The notes under the pieces were generated by a model. The model was given only the letters and a program-made list of their open reading frames with translations, made no database searches and was not told the DNA's origin. A stretch of 63,118 nucleotides of DNA, the filler included, from Xylographa opegraphella (lineage: Eukaryota), in the NCBI GenBank assembly GCA_022813865.1. It is 10 parts of 10 records of this genome, joined end to end, with 100 filler letters (N's around TTAATTAATTAA, not from the genome) between each part and the next. Parts side by side here need not be neighbours in the genome. Positions count along the whole stretch, not along the records: positions 1 to 6,801 come from JALDZX010000209.1; positions 6,902 to 13,482 come from JALDZX010000210.1; 8 more parts are not named here. One strand, 5' to 3'. The translations under genes and the position numbers were made by a program. Shown piece by piece: positions 1 through 10,931 of this stretch. Position 1 is the stretch's first letter. Each line of letters begins with the position of its first letter.

Positions 1-1095
1 ATGGGTTTCGTTCAAAGCCATGTCGACCCGTGTCTGCTACTTCACAGGGAACGCGGAATCCTGTTGCTACTTTACGTCGATGATATGGGTATCGCCGCCA
101 AGACTACCGAGCAAATTAGGTGGTTCAAAACTGAGATGGCTGGTGTCTTCAAGATCAAGGACCTGGGGGAGATTCGGAAGATCCTAGGCATAGAAGTCAC
201 CCGCGACCGCAAGCTGCGTACCATCAAGCTTAGTCAAAGCCGCTATATCCAAAAGGTATTGGAATCCGTTGGTATGGTGACCGACAAGCACAAGCCCACC
301 AAAGTTCCTCTTAACAGCGAAGAATATCTACGCCCGGCAAATCCTGACGACAAAAGGGTAAACGTAAAAGAATACCAGAAGCTTATCGGAAGTCTAATGC
401 ATGCTCAAGTTTATACCCGCCCAGACATTGCCTTTGCTCTTGGTAAATTGAGTCAATTCATGAGCGATCCAGCTGAGCACCACCTGATGGGGGCCAAACA
501 TCTGTTAAGGTACATGCGAAGCACCGCTGACGTTGGAATAACCTTTGGACCAGAACCGGAAGAAGAAAGAAATCTTCACGGCTTTACCGACGCAGCCTAC
601 GCCGACGATAAGCAGGATCGGAAGTCAACATTCGGGTACGTTTTCAAGATGGCAGGAGGTCCCGTGTCCTGGGCAAGCCGGAAGCAAAAGTCGGTATCTA
701 CCTCAACTACGGAAGCCGAGTACGTTGGATTGTCAGTGGGAGCTCGCCAGGCGCAATGGCTAACCCAGCTCCTCCGTGAGTCAGGATACCCTCAGTACTT
801 AGGGCGGAACCCATACTGCGGGGACCTTAGAGGGGACAACCAGGGTTCCCTAGCATTAACCCAGAACCCGCATCTTCATGAAAGGTCAAAGCACATCGAT
901 GTCATGTATCATCATATTCGGGACTTGGCTAAGCAAAACCGGATCAAGGTGACCTATGTGCCTACAGAAGATATGGCCGCGGACGGACTAACTAAGCTTC
1001 TGAATCCCACCAAGCATAGTCAGTTCATGAGGCTTCTAGGTATGTCAAGCAGTGGGAGTTCTTCAGTCAGCAGAGGACGCTACGACAAAGACTGA
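1..1095 (+). mobile_element. Ty1/Copia pol, 3' part (RT C-terminus + RNase H), intact, truncated by contig edge
   Basis: Open frame with LLLYVDD, YQKLIGSLM..TRPDIA, FTDAAYA, STTEAEY, SKHIDV and MAADGLTK Copia motifs; followed by PPT GAGTGGGAG and an LTR. Confidence 0.97.
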
Positions 1096-1102
1096 GTGGG
1101 AG

Positions 1103-1290
1103 TGTTGAAAATCAGGGCGTTAGCAGTNNGTGTTGTTGGTCCTTTACTATAGCCGATTAGGCCTAGCTTAGTGCAGAACTAGAGGAGTCTTCTGGAGCCC
1201 CGTCTCCAGAAGAACTCTTCACCTTCTTAGTGATTAAGCAATGCACTGTTACCTGCTGCCATTACCTGTGCCTAGTGATTAGTTTCAATA
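1103..1290 (+). repeat. 3' LTR of the Copia element (LTR family A, about 188 bp)
   Basis: Starts TGTTGAAA directly after the PPT and ends TTTCAATA; near-identical copies at 19739, 33463, 49655 and 61171. Confidence 0.95.
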
Positions 1291-1354
1291 CTTCTACCAA
1301 TTAACAGAATCCATCCTACATTCGAAACAATGATCGAACCTACGCAGAGAAAAG

Positions 1355-2920
1355 TTATTGGAGGTAGAAGCGCAGGAGAGTCAAATCTTCGTGTTTTTTT
1401 TCTTTTGATTCATTTAAACAGTACTGCTCCCCTTTGATGATTTCAGCCAGAATTGTGCATTGAGTAGCCATTTTTTGAATTTTCAAAGCGCGAGAAAGTT
1501 GAGTCAGCGAGGATGTACGGATATACTTCTCGACAAGTGAGTTCTGCGTGTCGATAAGGTCGGCAATCTCATTGCATACTGCTGGACAGTATGGGTGCAC
1601 CGGGTGAATCTTCCTACCTCTTTCCCCTCCTCCAACGCAAGAGCGTTCGAGATGCACACAACCGCTCGTTTATTGACATCAAAGATCTTTGGCGAGTGCG
1701 GCCCCATGGTCGTCTGGCCGGGAAACTCGGAGCTGCTAATTTGAAATTTAGAGAGCTCCTCTGTAATTTGAAGGCTGTGTTTCGTCGTTGGGAACCAACC
1801 CTGCTCTTTGCTGCCCCTAAAGAGTAGTAGCATTGTAACTTGTTCGTAGAGTGGATTTGTTAGAAAGTGCTTCTTCCATAAAAACAAAACAGCCTCTGCT
1901 ATGCCAAGGGCGCCAAATGTATAAAATTGTCCTGCCAGATATTTTAACCAATCGTACATCGTCGAAAATGTTTTAGCTTTATTTTTGAGTACCTCATGCT
2001 CTGGCTCATCTGCAAACATTACTGGATATCGTCCTTCTGTATCACCGTATCGCCGTTCCAACGCCTCTGTCAGGTAGATTGGTGCGGCCCAGCTTGAGAG
2101 CTTCTGGCCGTCCCTCTTGCTAAAAGAGTAATCAGTGAAAGTGATGCTGCTTATATGGAGGGGAGAATGTACCCTTTATTCATGCATAGTTGACGAATTT
2201 CCTCTGCATCCTCGTGAAGCTGAGATACTTCACTCAGTTCGGCAAATGCTGAAATGAAGTGGTAAATCAAGAGACAACGGTATTCGGCTCTGCGAGCGGA
2301 GTTGTTGACAGCCAATGATGGATGAAAAGATTGTAGTACTACTGTCCTGTGGTTTCCGCCAGCTCGAACCTCTTTTCGCACAAATTTGTACTCTTCGCTG
2401 GTAATTTCGAACTGCTTCATTCAAGGATCCTTGTATTCGTCCCTGTGGCAACGGATAACAACTTTCGGTTTCTTAGCTCTCAGAATCTCTGCCAGAAGCT
2501 GATGACATCGTTCGTCTGGTATATGACTCTTATTGTCAGGCTTAAAGAAGAATGCATTTAGAACCGTCACGGTGTGGATGCTTCGCGCGCCGTTAGTTGC
2601 AAATCGGATAAGCTCGTCCACTGCCCACAACGTTTTGCAGCAATCGACAAATTGTGGGAACGGATGTCCGTATTTGTGAGATGTTCTTGTCTTTGGCCGC
2701 TCCAGAATAACGACTATGTCTGCGGGGCCGGAGGCAAGATTGCACGCTTGGTCAATCTCATCGCAAGGGACTTCAAATTCATTTCCGAAATCTTTGGAGC
2801 TTGGAGAGAACTTAAATCACCTCGATGATGGAAGCTGGCTGGTGGTGTGCGGGGTAAAGCCTGGACACTCCGAGGGATCGGAATATCCAGGCAGATACGA
2901 TAATTGTAATTGTCTGCCAT
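1355..2920 (-). pseudogene. Disrupted fungal gene with possible uracil-DNA-glycosylase-like domain
   Basis: ORF pieces join into one protein through a frameshift near 2795, an in-frame TGA at 2421-2423 and a GT..CTGAT..TAG intron at 2120-2172. Motifs: IVVILERP, TVLNAF, KPKVVI, SFHPS. Confidence 0.6.
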
Positions 2921-3185
2921 TTTTGCGTGCTTTTGTTGTGGCATGTTGTCGTTGTGGACTGTTACGAGAGCGCAAAGTTAACCAATGCTAGCAGTCCCGT
3001 ACGAGGTCATGGCGGCTAACTGATAAGTTACGCAGGGGGCGCGGGTTAGCAGGTTTCTCGAACTTTTCTTGGGCACGTGCCAAGCCGTACGCTGTTGCTT
3101 AGCTTGCCGCAAATCAAGGGGGCGGCGACGATGCGAATGTAAATTTCCAGTAGCTGGTCTCAGGAGTGTTCAGGATTGGTCGCAA

Positions 3186-3469
3186 TGTAAGATTGGTCAA
3201 GTTACAGGAGATCTCTAACGTCCGTCCCTGGGTGGAGAGACGCACCCCGATGCGAAACAGACTATAGGTACTTCAGATCCAAGCGAATCTATAACTCTAA
3301 GCGCATTATATTGCCGCGTAGATTTGTATTAATTATATTGTATCTTAGACCCATTCTAGAACACTTCTCGCCCTAGTATCTGAAAAATACGATTGCGTTG
3401 TCGCCTTCGCGCCTAATTACGTAGAGCCACCTTTTATAATGTAATGAGGACCATCAACATAATCTTACA
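3186..3469. repeat. Probable solo LTR (284 bp)
   Basis: Perfect 9-bp terminal inverted repeat TGTAAGATT...AATCTTACA; no clean TSD; single copy in the window. Confidence 0.55.
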
Positions 3470-4024
3470 GCACAAAAATTAAGTTCTTTTCGCCTTTTGA
3501 GCTTATAGAATAATTTAATGTAGGTTTTTAACTCTCACCACGATGCTAAGACGTCATCATCAGCCTTGTTCCTAATGGGGCGTACAAATTTATGCAATGT
3601 TGCTACGCTAATCGGTACCTCAACCGAACGCGATTGCTAAATTCAGCTAGTATAGGTCCTAAAGCAGCCCGACGTATAAACGTAATCATCGTAAATTACC
3701 TACCGTAACTGCCAGACTTGTGGCTATGCAGAGCCTTGCCGGTGCGGGTCGGTCACCCTCCATATATAGTGGCGATAGCGGTTTCAAACAACCTTCGCCG
3801 CCGTTCAAGATCACTTCTTAAGCATATAACCTTAGCCATACCATACTAGCTCATTTCCGCGCAGCCACCCTGCACTAACCGTCAATGTCAGCTCGTTTGC
3901 CTTGGCTGCTCTATATCTACTGTGTAGCTATCGTTGGTGCAGTTCTTTGACTACTCGATGCGTGTATGTTGCCGCACTTAGTCTGCTGTCCTCACCGCGG
4001 AAGCCACTTCACAGTCCTACGTCA

Positions 4025-6801
4025 ATGCGTCTTTTGCAGCTCCAAAATGACGGCGGGTTCAGCCTTGTCCAGTTCTCAGGCAACAAGATTCCGCGTTATG
4101 CCGTTCTTTCACATACCTGGGGATCAGACAATGAGGAAGTGACTTTCCAAGACATTACGAATGGTACTGCTAAGAATAAAGCTGGCTACCACAAGATTTG
4201 CTTCTGCGAGAAGCAAGCAAAGCAGGATAGCCTACAGTACTTTTGGATAGATACTTGCTGCATCGACACGTCTAGCAGCCAAGAACTTTCAGAAGCTATT
4301 AACTCTATGTTTTGCTGGTACAAAAATGCAGAGAGTTGTTACGTGTATCTGTCCGACGTGTCAAACTGTACTTCTGATGAAGACGGCGAGGGCACCCGGA
4401 GGTGGAAACCAGCGTTCAAGAAAAGCAGATGGTTTACTCGTGGCTGGACCCTCCAAGAGCTTATTGCTCCCCCATCGGTTGAGTTTTTCTCTAAGGAAGG
4501 AACGTGCCTCGGCAATAAGCAATCATTAGAACAGATGCTCCACGAGATCACCGAAATCGCAGTCGAAGCTCTTAGGGGAAGACCCTTGTCCCGGTTCAGT
4601 GTGGATGAGCGATTCTCATGGGCGAAAGAGCGCACGACAACACGCGAAGAAGATGCAGCATACTGTCTGCTGGGTATTTTCGACATTCAAATGCCGCTTC
4701 TATATGCTGAAGGACGGGAAAAAGCGTTAAAGCGGCTTAAGAGAGAGATTAGGGAGCACGCTGACGATCAGGACTTGTCGCTTAATGAAGAGCAAAAGCG
4801 GATACTGCTAGATTCGCTACGATTTGACCAAATCGATGCGCGCCAGATGACGATCAAGAACGCTCATGCTAAGACGTGTAAATGGCTCTTGAAAAGGTCG
4901 GAGTACCTCGACTGGCTCGATGCAGATAGACTGAAGGAACACAATGGCTTCCTCTGGATCAGGGGGAAGCCTGGGACTGGAAAATCGACGCTGATGAAGT
5001 TTGCTGTTACTCATGCCCGCAAGACGATGAAGAGCAAAGTTGTAACAGCCTTCTTCTTCAACGCTCGAGGCGAGGCAATGGAGAAGTCCACGGTTGGGAC
5101 ATATCGGTCACTGCTCTTACAGCTTCTCGAACAACTTCCAGCACTCCGATGCCTCTTCGACTCGTTTGGTATTTCAGGATTGAGCATTAGCACAAACTAT
5201 CAATGGAGCGTTGAGTCACTCAAAATGCTGTTAGAGCGAGCTGTCAAGCTTCTTACTGAGTCTTCTGTGGTCTGCTTTATCGATGCCCTTGACGAATGCG
5301 AAGAACAGCAGATCCGCGAAATGATACAGTTCTTCGAGCACATCGGCGAGCTCGTCGTGTCAGCTGGTATCAATTTCCGGATTTGTCTCTCGAGCAGGCA
5401 CTACCCTCACATTGCAATTCGGAAAGGACTAGGACTAGTGCTAGAAGGGCAAGAAGGACATACTCAGGACATCGCCAACTACCTTGAGAGCGAGCTGAAG
5501 ATCGGGCAGAGCATGGTCGCGCAGCAAATTCGAAGCGAGCTTCAAGCAAAGGCTTCGGGGGTTTTCATGTGGGTCGCTCTCGTCGTAGGCATCTTGAACA
5601 AAGAGCATGACCGCGGCCGGATGCATGCGCTTCGGCGGAGACTGCAGGAGATCCCAGGCGATTTGTACGAACTATTTCGCGACATATTAACGCGCGACTC
5701 ACGCAATAAAGATGAGCTAGTTCTGTGCATACAGTGGTTGCTTTTCGCGATGCAGCCGTTGAGTCCAGAGCAGCTGTACTTTGCCATTCTTTCCGAAGTT
5801 GAGCCTGACGCTGTGTCAGGGTGGGATCATGACGAGATCACCCAAGACGTGATCAAGCGCTTCATACTCGATTCTTCTAAAGGCCTCGCCGAGATCACGA
5901 CATCCAAGCTTTCGAAGGTTCAATTTATCCATGAGTCCGTCAGAGATTTTCTCTTGAAAGAGGACGGTCTTGGCAACATCTGGCCTAATCTCCGAAATAA
6001 TCTTCAGGGCCACAGTCACGAGCGGCTGAAACATTGCTGCCTAACCTACATGAGCATCGATGTGTTTTCCGCACTAAGAATTCCTGAAGATCTTCCGAAA
6101 GCTACCTCGTTGCATGCTACACACTTGCGCAAGTTAGCCACTGATACTTTTCCTTTTCTGGAGTACGCTGTGCAGAATGTGCTACACCATGCAGATGTGG
6201 CAGAAGGAAATGGTATCGCTCAGGCGACTTTTGTGCGAAGCTTTTCGTTGAATCGCTGGATCAAGCTGGACAACCTGTTTGAGAGACACGAAGTACGCAG
6301 GCATTCAGACGAAATGAGTATTCTGTATGTACTCGGCGAGCGCAACATGTCGAACCTTATCAAAGCCCGTCCATCCGCCCTTTCTTGCCTGGAGGTGGGA
6401 GAAGAGCGTTATGGACCTCCGCTCTTCGCAGCCATGGCGACAGGGAGCAAAGAGGCTGTCCAAGCATTTGCAGAAGCTCTTCACCGTGACCAAGTCACAG
6501 GAAGTCGCCCTTACGAGACGTACAGCCAATATTGCGAAGATAAAAACAACTCCACTTACCTTGGACGCGAATTTAAGTTCTCAAAACGAAGAGACGTAAT
6601 TTCATATTTAGCAGAGCTTGGAAACGAGATAATACTTGCTCTTGTACTTGGATCATGGAAGGCCAGCATCGACTCGAAGGACAAAAATGGGCAGACGCCG
6701 CTATCGTGGGCCGCTGCGAACAGGCACGAAGCAGTGATCAAGCTGCTAATCGATACGGGCAAGGTCGACGTCGATTCGAAGGACAAGAATGGGCAGACGC
6801 C
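4025..6801 (+). CDS. Fungal NLR: HET domain - NACHT - ankyrin repeats (3' truncated at contig end)
   Basis: HET motifs YAVLSHTW, FWIDTCCID, WFTRGWTLQEL; Walker A GKPGTGKST; Walker B FIDALDEC; FIHESVRDFL; ankyrin DKNGQTPLSWAA. ATG at 4025 (MRLLQ) is the likely start. Confidence 0.95.
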
Positions 6802-6901
6802 NNNNNNNNNNNNNNNNNNNNNNNNNNNNNNNNNNNNNNNNNNNNTTAATTAATTAANNNNNNNNNNNNNNNNNNNNNNNNNNNNNNNNNNNNNNNNNNN
6901 N
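6802..6901. other. Artificial contig linker N44-TTAATTAATTAA-N44; also at 13483, 20093, 26373, 32538, 38691, 44826, 50945 and 57048
   Basis: Identical 100-bp spacer with stops in all six frames, nine copies. Confidence 0.99.
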
Positions 6902-6962
6902 ATTGACGAATCCAACCCAGATCCCTAATCGAACTATACTAGTGAGAGGCAGGATCGTAACA
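6902..6962 (+). repeat. LTR family D end (partial, unmutated)
   Basis: Reverse complement of 38629-38690 and of the degenerate LTR end at 31591. Confidence 0.9.
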
Positions 6963-7605
6963 ACTTGATTCGTTTTCGAAAAATAAAAATTATTTGATTC
7001 TTTAAATTTTGAAAACAGAGTATATCATTCTTTTATCCATATATTATTTGTGAATAATATAAACATTATATCGATCGAAAAAAAAATTATTAAAAATTTC
7101 GAAAACCTTTTTAAAACTTATAAAAAATTTTGATAATTAATTACGTTTAAAAGTTTATCGAATAAATTTTTTTATTTAAAAAACTTTTTCATCAACGAAT
7201 AAACTTTCTTACATATAATAATTTTTAAACGAGTTGACCCGATTAATTAAAATATTTAGAATACGTTATTAATCGTCGAATTCTTTTTTATTTCATTTTT
7301 TCCGTTTTAATTTAAACAAAGTTTATTATCAACAAACTATTTTTAAATTTTAAAAAAAATTCGACGAAATTTTTTTTATTAATTAAAATTTAAAAATAAT
7401 AAAAATATTTCGAGCTAGCTTAAAGAATTTATTATTCGAAATTGAACAAAATTAATAATATAATATAATTAATATAATTAACGTCTTAAACGAAAAATAA
7501 TAGAAATAACGAATTAATTATCAAATTAAATATCGTTTTTATTTTATTAACGTATAAAAAAACGAAAAACGATTTAAAATAAAGAATATAAAAAATCGTG
7601 AACGC

Positions 7606-7789
7606 TGTGACGGCTATGACATCAGTCACAGGTAATAGGGGTCGGGCTGGATCAGGACTAGCACCTTTAGTATATAGTCTCGCCCATGGAGNNNNNNNNN
7701 NNNNNNNNNNNNNNNNNNNNNNNNNNAAATCGTCCACCTAAAGCTTACGTTCTAGGCGTGCTTGTGTGGTGAGTTGATGAGCCGTAACA
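7606..7789. repeat. Solo LTR family B
   Basis: TG..CA ends; reverse-complement match to 12966-13148 and 23878-24060. Confidence 0.92.
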
Positions 7790-10062
7790 AAATTCCCCCG
7801 ATTTCTGTTTCATACAACATTGGTCAGAACCTTATTATTTCGTTTATTTTCCAGAAATTTTTATTCTCGAATAATTATATTCGTCTCAGGGGCCCTCTTC
7901 GAGAGCGCCCCTCGAGGACTCGAGTTTATAAATTTTTATTTCAATATGAACGAAAAGTTTTAATACGCAAAGTTGTAAAAATAATAATAATAATAATAAT
8001 AATAAAATTTAGCGTAAAATATACGCAGGTTTATAAAATTCGTATAAATTTATATAATTCGTTTAATATAATATAAAACACGCAAATTACGTAAATTACG
8101 TAAATTATACAAATTCGCAGGCGTAATAAATGCCCCTAAACCTGCGAAATACGCTAATTATAATGAAATAAGCGCAGGCCCGCAGACTCGTAAACATGAT
8201 AAAAACGCGCAGGTTTACGAAATAAATTTATTATGATAAAATACGCGCAGATCACGCAGGCCCGCAGACGTGACGAATATACACGCAAGCTACGCAGGCT
8301 CGCAAACGTGATAAATACGCGCAGGCCTGCGAAATACGTTTATTATAATAGAATACGCGCAGGTTTACAGGCCACGCAATCGTGTAATATATATATAAAC
8401 GTAAAAATTTACGATTATTACAAAAATAATCATAAAAATATATTATATAAATTTTATGTAATTATACGACTGGATTAATTCAATTCAATTCAGAATTGTA
8501 TTCAAAAAATGAAATTAAATTAAAAAAAATTCAATTTAACTCAAAATTCAATTTAAATTCAATTCAACCCACAATTTAATAAATTAATTCAATTTATACC
8601 GCAGTATAAATAAAGGGATTTCAAAGTAACGAGAGTAATTATAAAAAAATACGTAATTAAATAAATTTTACGCAAAAAAATTGAATTCGTTAAATTTTTG
8701 AAATTACGTTAAATATTCGTAAAGTTACAACTTTAACGAATATTTACGAGTAATTCTCGTTAATTTAAAACTTTATAATTCATTTTATTTTTGATTAATT
8801 TTTAATTATTTTTAATTACTTTTGATTATTTTTAGTTATTTTTAATTATTTTTAATTATTTTTTAAAAAGCTATTTAAATCGTATTTTAAACCTATTTTA
8901 AATATATAAAAAATTTTGTTCGAAAAATTAAACTCAAAGATTTTTGTTTATATAAAATAACGTTTAATTTAACAAATATTCATTAAACTAATTTTTTCGT
9001 ATAAAAATAAAGTAACAGCGATTACGACCGCGACGTAAATATTAAACGTTTTATTATTGATAATTTATTTAAATCAATAAACGAATCGATTATGTAAATA
9101 ACGATTAAACGAATAGTTATTGCGATATTTATTCATAATTGAATCGAGTATATAACGATTTATAAAAAAATACATGTTTTATTACTAATATAATTAAATA
9201 TTTTTTAAAATTTTTATCGTAATCGAGAATAATCGAAAGTTGATTAAATTATTATATAATTTAAAGTATTATAAACGTATTAAATATATTAATATTTATT
9301 ATTATTAATTTAAAAGCAGATTTAACGCTTTATATCTATTATTAATAAATATTTATTAAAAGTATAACGATTGACGATGTTATTAAACTTTTAATTTTTT
9401 TTAAATTTAATAATATTTTTATTTGCGTATTAAAAATAAAAATATAAAAATAAAAATTTATATACTCGAGTCTTTAAAAAACAACGCTAAAAAGGTCTCT
9501 GGGAACGAGTATAATTTCTCGAGAATAAATTTTTTGAAAAAATAAATCAAAACTTTGCGAATTTTTTTAATTTTTTTATTTCCTTTCGGATTTCCATGTT
9601 ATATTTAATATAAAATATACATAAAACTTCGTCCTGAATATTTACTCATTTTTAATAAATTATATTTTACATCTGTAATATTTCAAAGTATTTTTGAAAA
9701 AGTTATTTTAAAACGTGAAATTAAAATATTTTTATTAATATTAATAAAAGTCAAAACAGGCGCTCGTTCAAATATATTAAATATTAATAAAAATTATTAT
9801 AAATTATAATAATGTTGAAAGAATAATAAAAACGAACCGCATTTATAGTATTTGTATTCGAATGTGAATAATACGTCCCGTTTTGTATGACCGCAGCGAG
9901 TCGGGTAAAGCAGTTTGCGCTCGATAAAGTTCTAGGGCTGTGCTACGAAGGTATCCACAGTAGCAGTGCCAAGACCTGCTCATTCTGCCGAGTCTCCATT
10001 TCTTCGCTATTCGCCACATCACATTGCAGTCAAGGCTGGCTCCTAACTCACGTCTGCTTAAG

Positions 10063-10931
10063 ATGGTCAAGACTCTTACATTCAAGGGTGATAGGAAGTC
10101 TAAGAAGCGCAAGCATCGTGATACCGAGGACACAGAACATAAACCGGGCTCTCTCACAGCCACAGGTCGGATGGCAGGTACAACGGAAGATGACGACAGC
10201 TGGGTCACAGCAGAGGTGCCTTCTGATGTCATGGGCCCGATCATCTTCGCTATTCCGACGATACCGCCCACTTTTATTGCTTGCGATGCGAATGGCAAAA
10301 TCTTCCTCAGCGAGATTGAGAACATCGTTGAGGGAGATCGGGCGACTGCTGAGCCTCACGATGTCCGACAGGTATGGGTCGCGAGTAGGGTGGCAGGGAC
10401 AGAATATATCAGCTTCAAGGGCCATCATGGTCGGTAAGTAGGCCATGCATCATGTGCTCTTGATGTTGTTCATGTTCTGAATTTTCTAAATATGTTGGTA
10501 CTTGCAGCTATCTAGGCTGTGATCAGTCTGGCATTCTCTCCGCTACTCGAGAAGCTATCTCTGTAGAAGAATCCCTGCTATGTATCGCCTCCACGGGCAC
10601 CATTGGAAATTTCAATATTCAGACACAGCGGGGAAAATTCTTTGCCATTGATGACGATACCCATTTAACGGAAGTACGAGGTGATGCGGAGGTTGTTTCC
10701 GTCAGCACGTCGGTATGTATACGTATGCAGGGACGATACAAACCACGCTTAAAGGCAAATAAAGAGTCTAAAGCTCGGGAGAAGATTACCAGAAAGGAGT
10801 TGGAAGATGTGGTTGGAAGAAGGCTGATGGACGATGAAGTGAAAAGACTCAAGAGAGCCAGACGAGAGGGACACTACCACGAAGCGATCTTGGACGTACG
10901 AATTCGTGGAAAGCATGACAAGTATAGCTAA
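10063..10931 (+). CDS. FRG1: FRG1-like family protein (2 exons; intron 10434-10507)
   Basis: MVKTLTFKGD-KKRK N-terminus, EPHDVRQVW, SFKGHHGRYLGCD, RMQGRYKP, C-terminal KHDKYS; GTAAGT..CAG intron restores the frame. Confidence 0.9.

Noticed and set aside
3902..4024. N-terminal extension of the NLR in the ORF track
   Set aside because: Starts at TTG; a eukaryotic HET protein most likely starts at ATG 4025
6846..6857. Regularly spaced TTAATTAATTAA motif every 6-7 kb
   Set aside because: Synthetic six-frame-stop linker embedded in Ns
8050..8400. CRISPR-like spaced repeats (ACGCGCAGG units)
   Set aside because: Irregular degenerate subrepeats of a fungal repeat; no constant repeat-spacer period and no cas genes
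7762..8478. Short I/K/N/Y/F-rich ORFs in AT-rich blocks (also 11531, 13900, 32836, 60343)
   Set aside because: Compositional by-products of RIP-degenerated repeats
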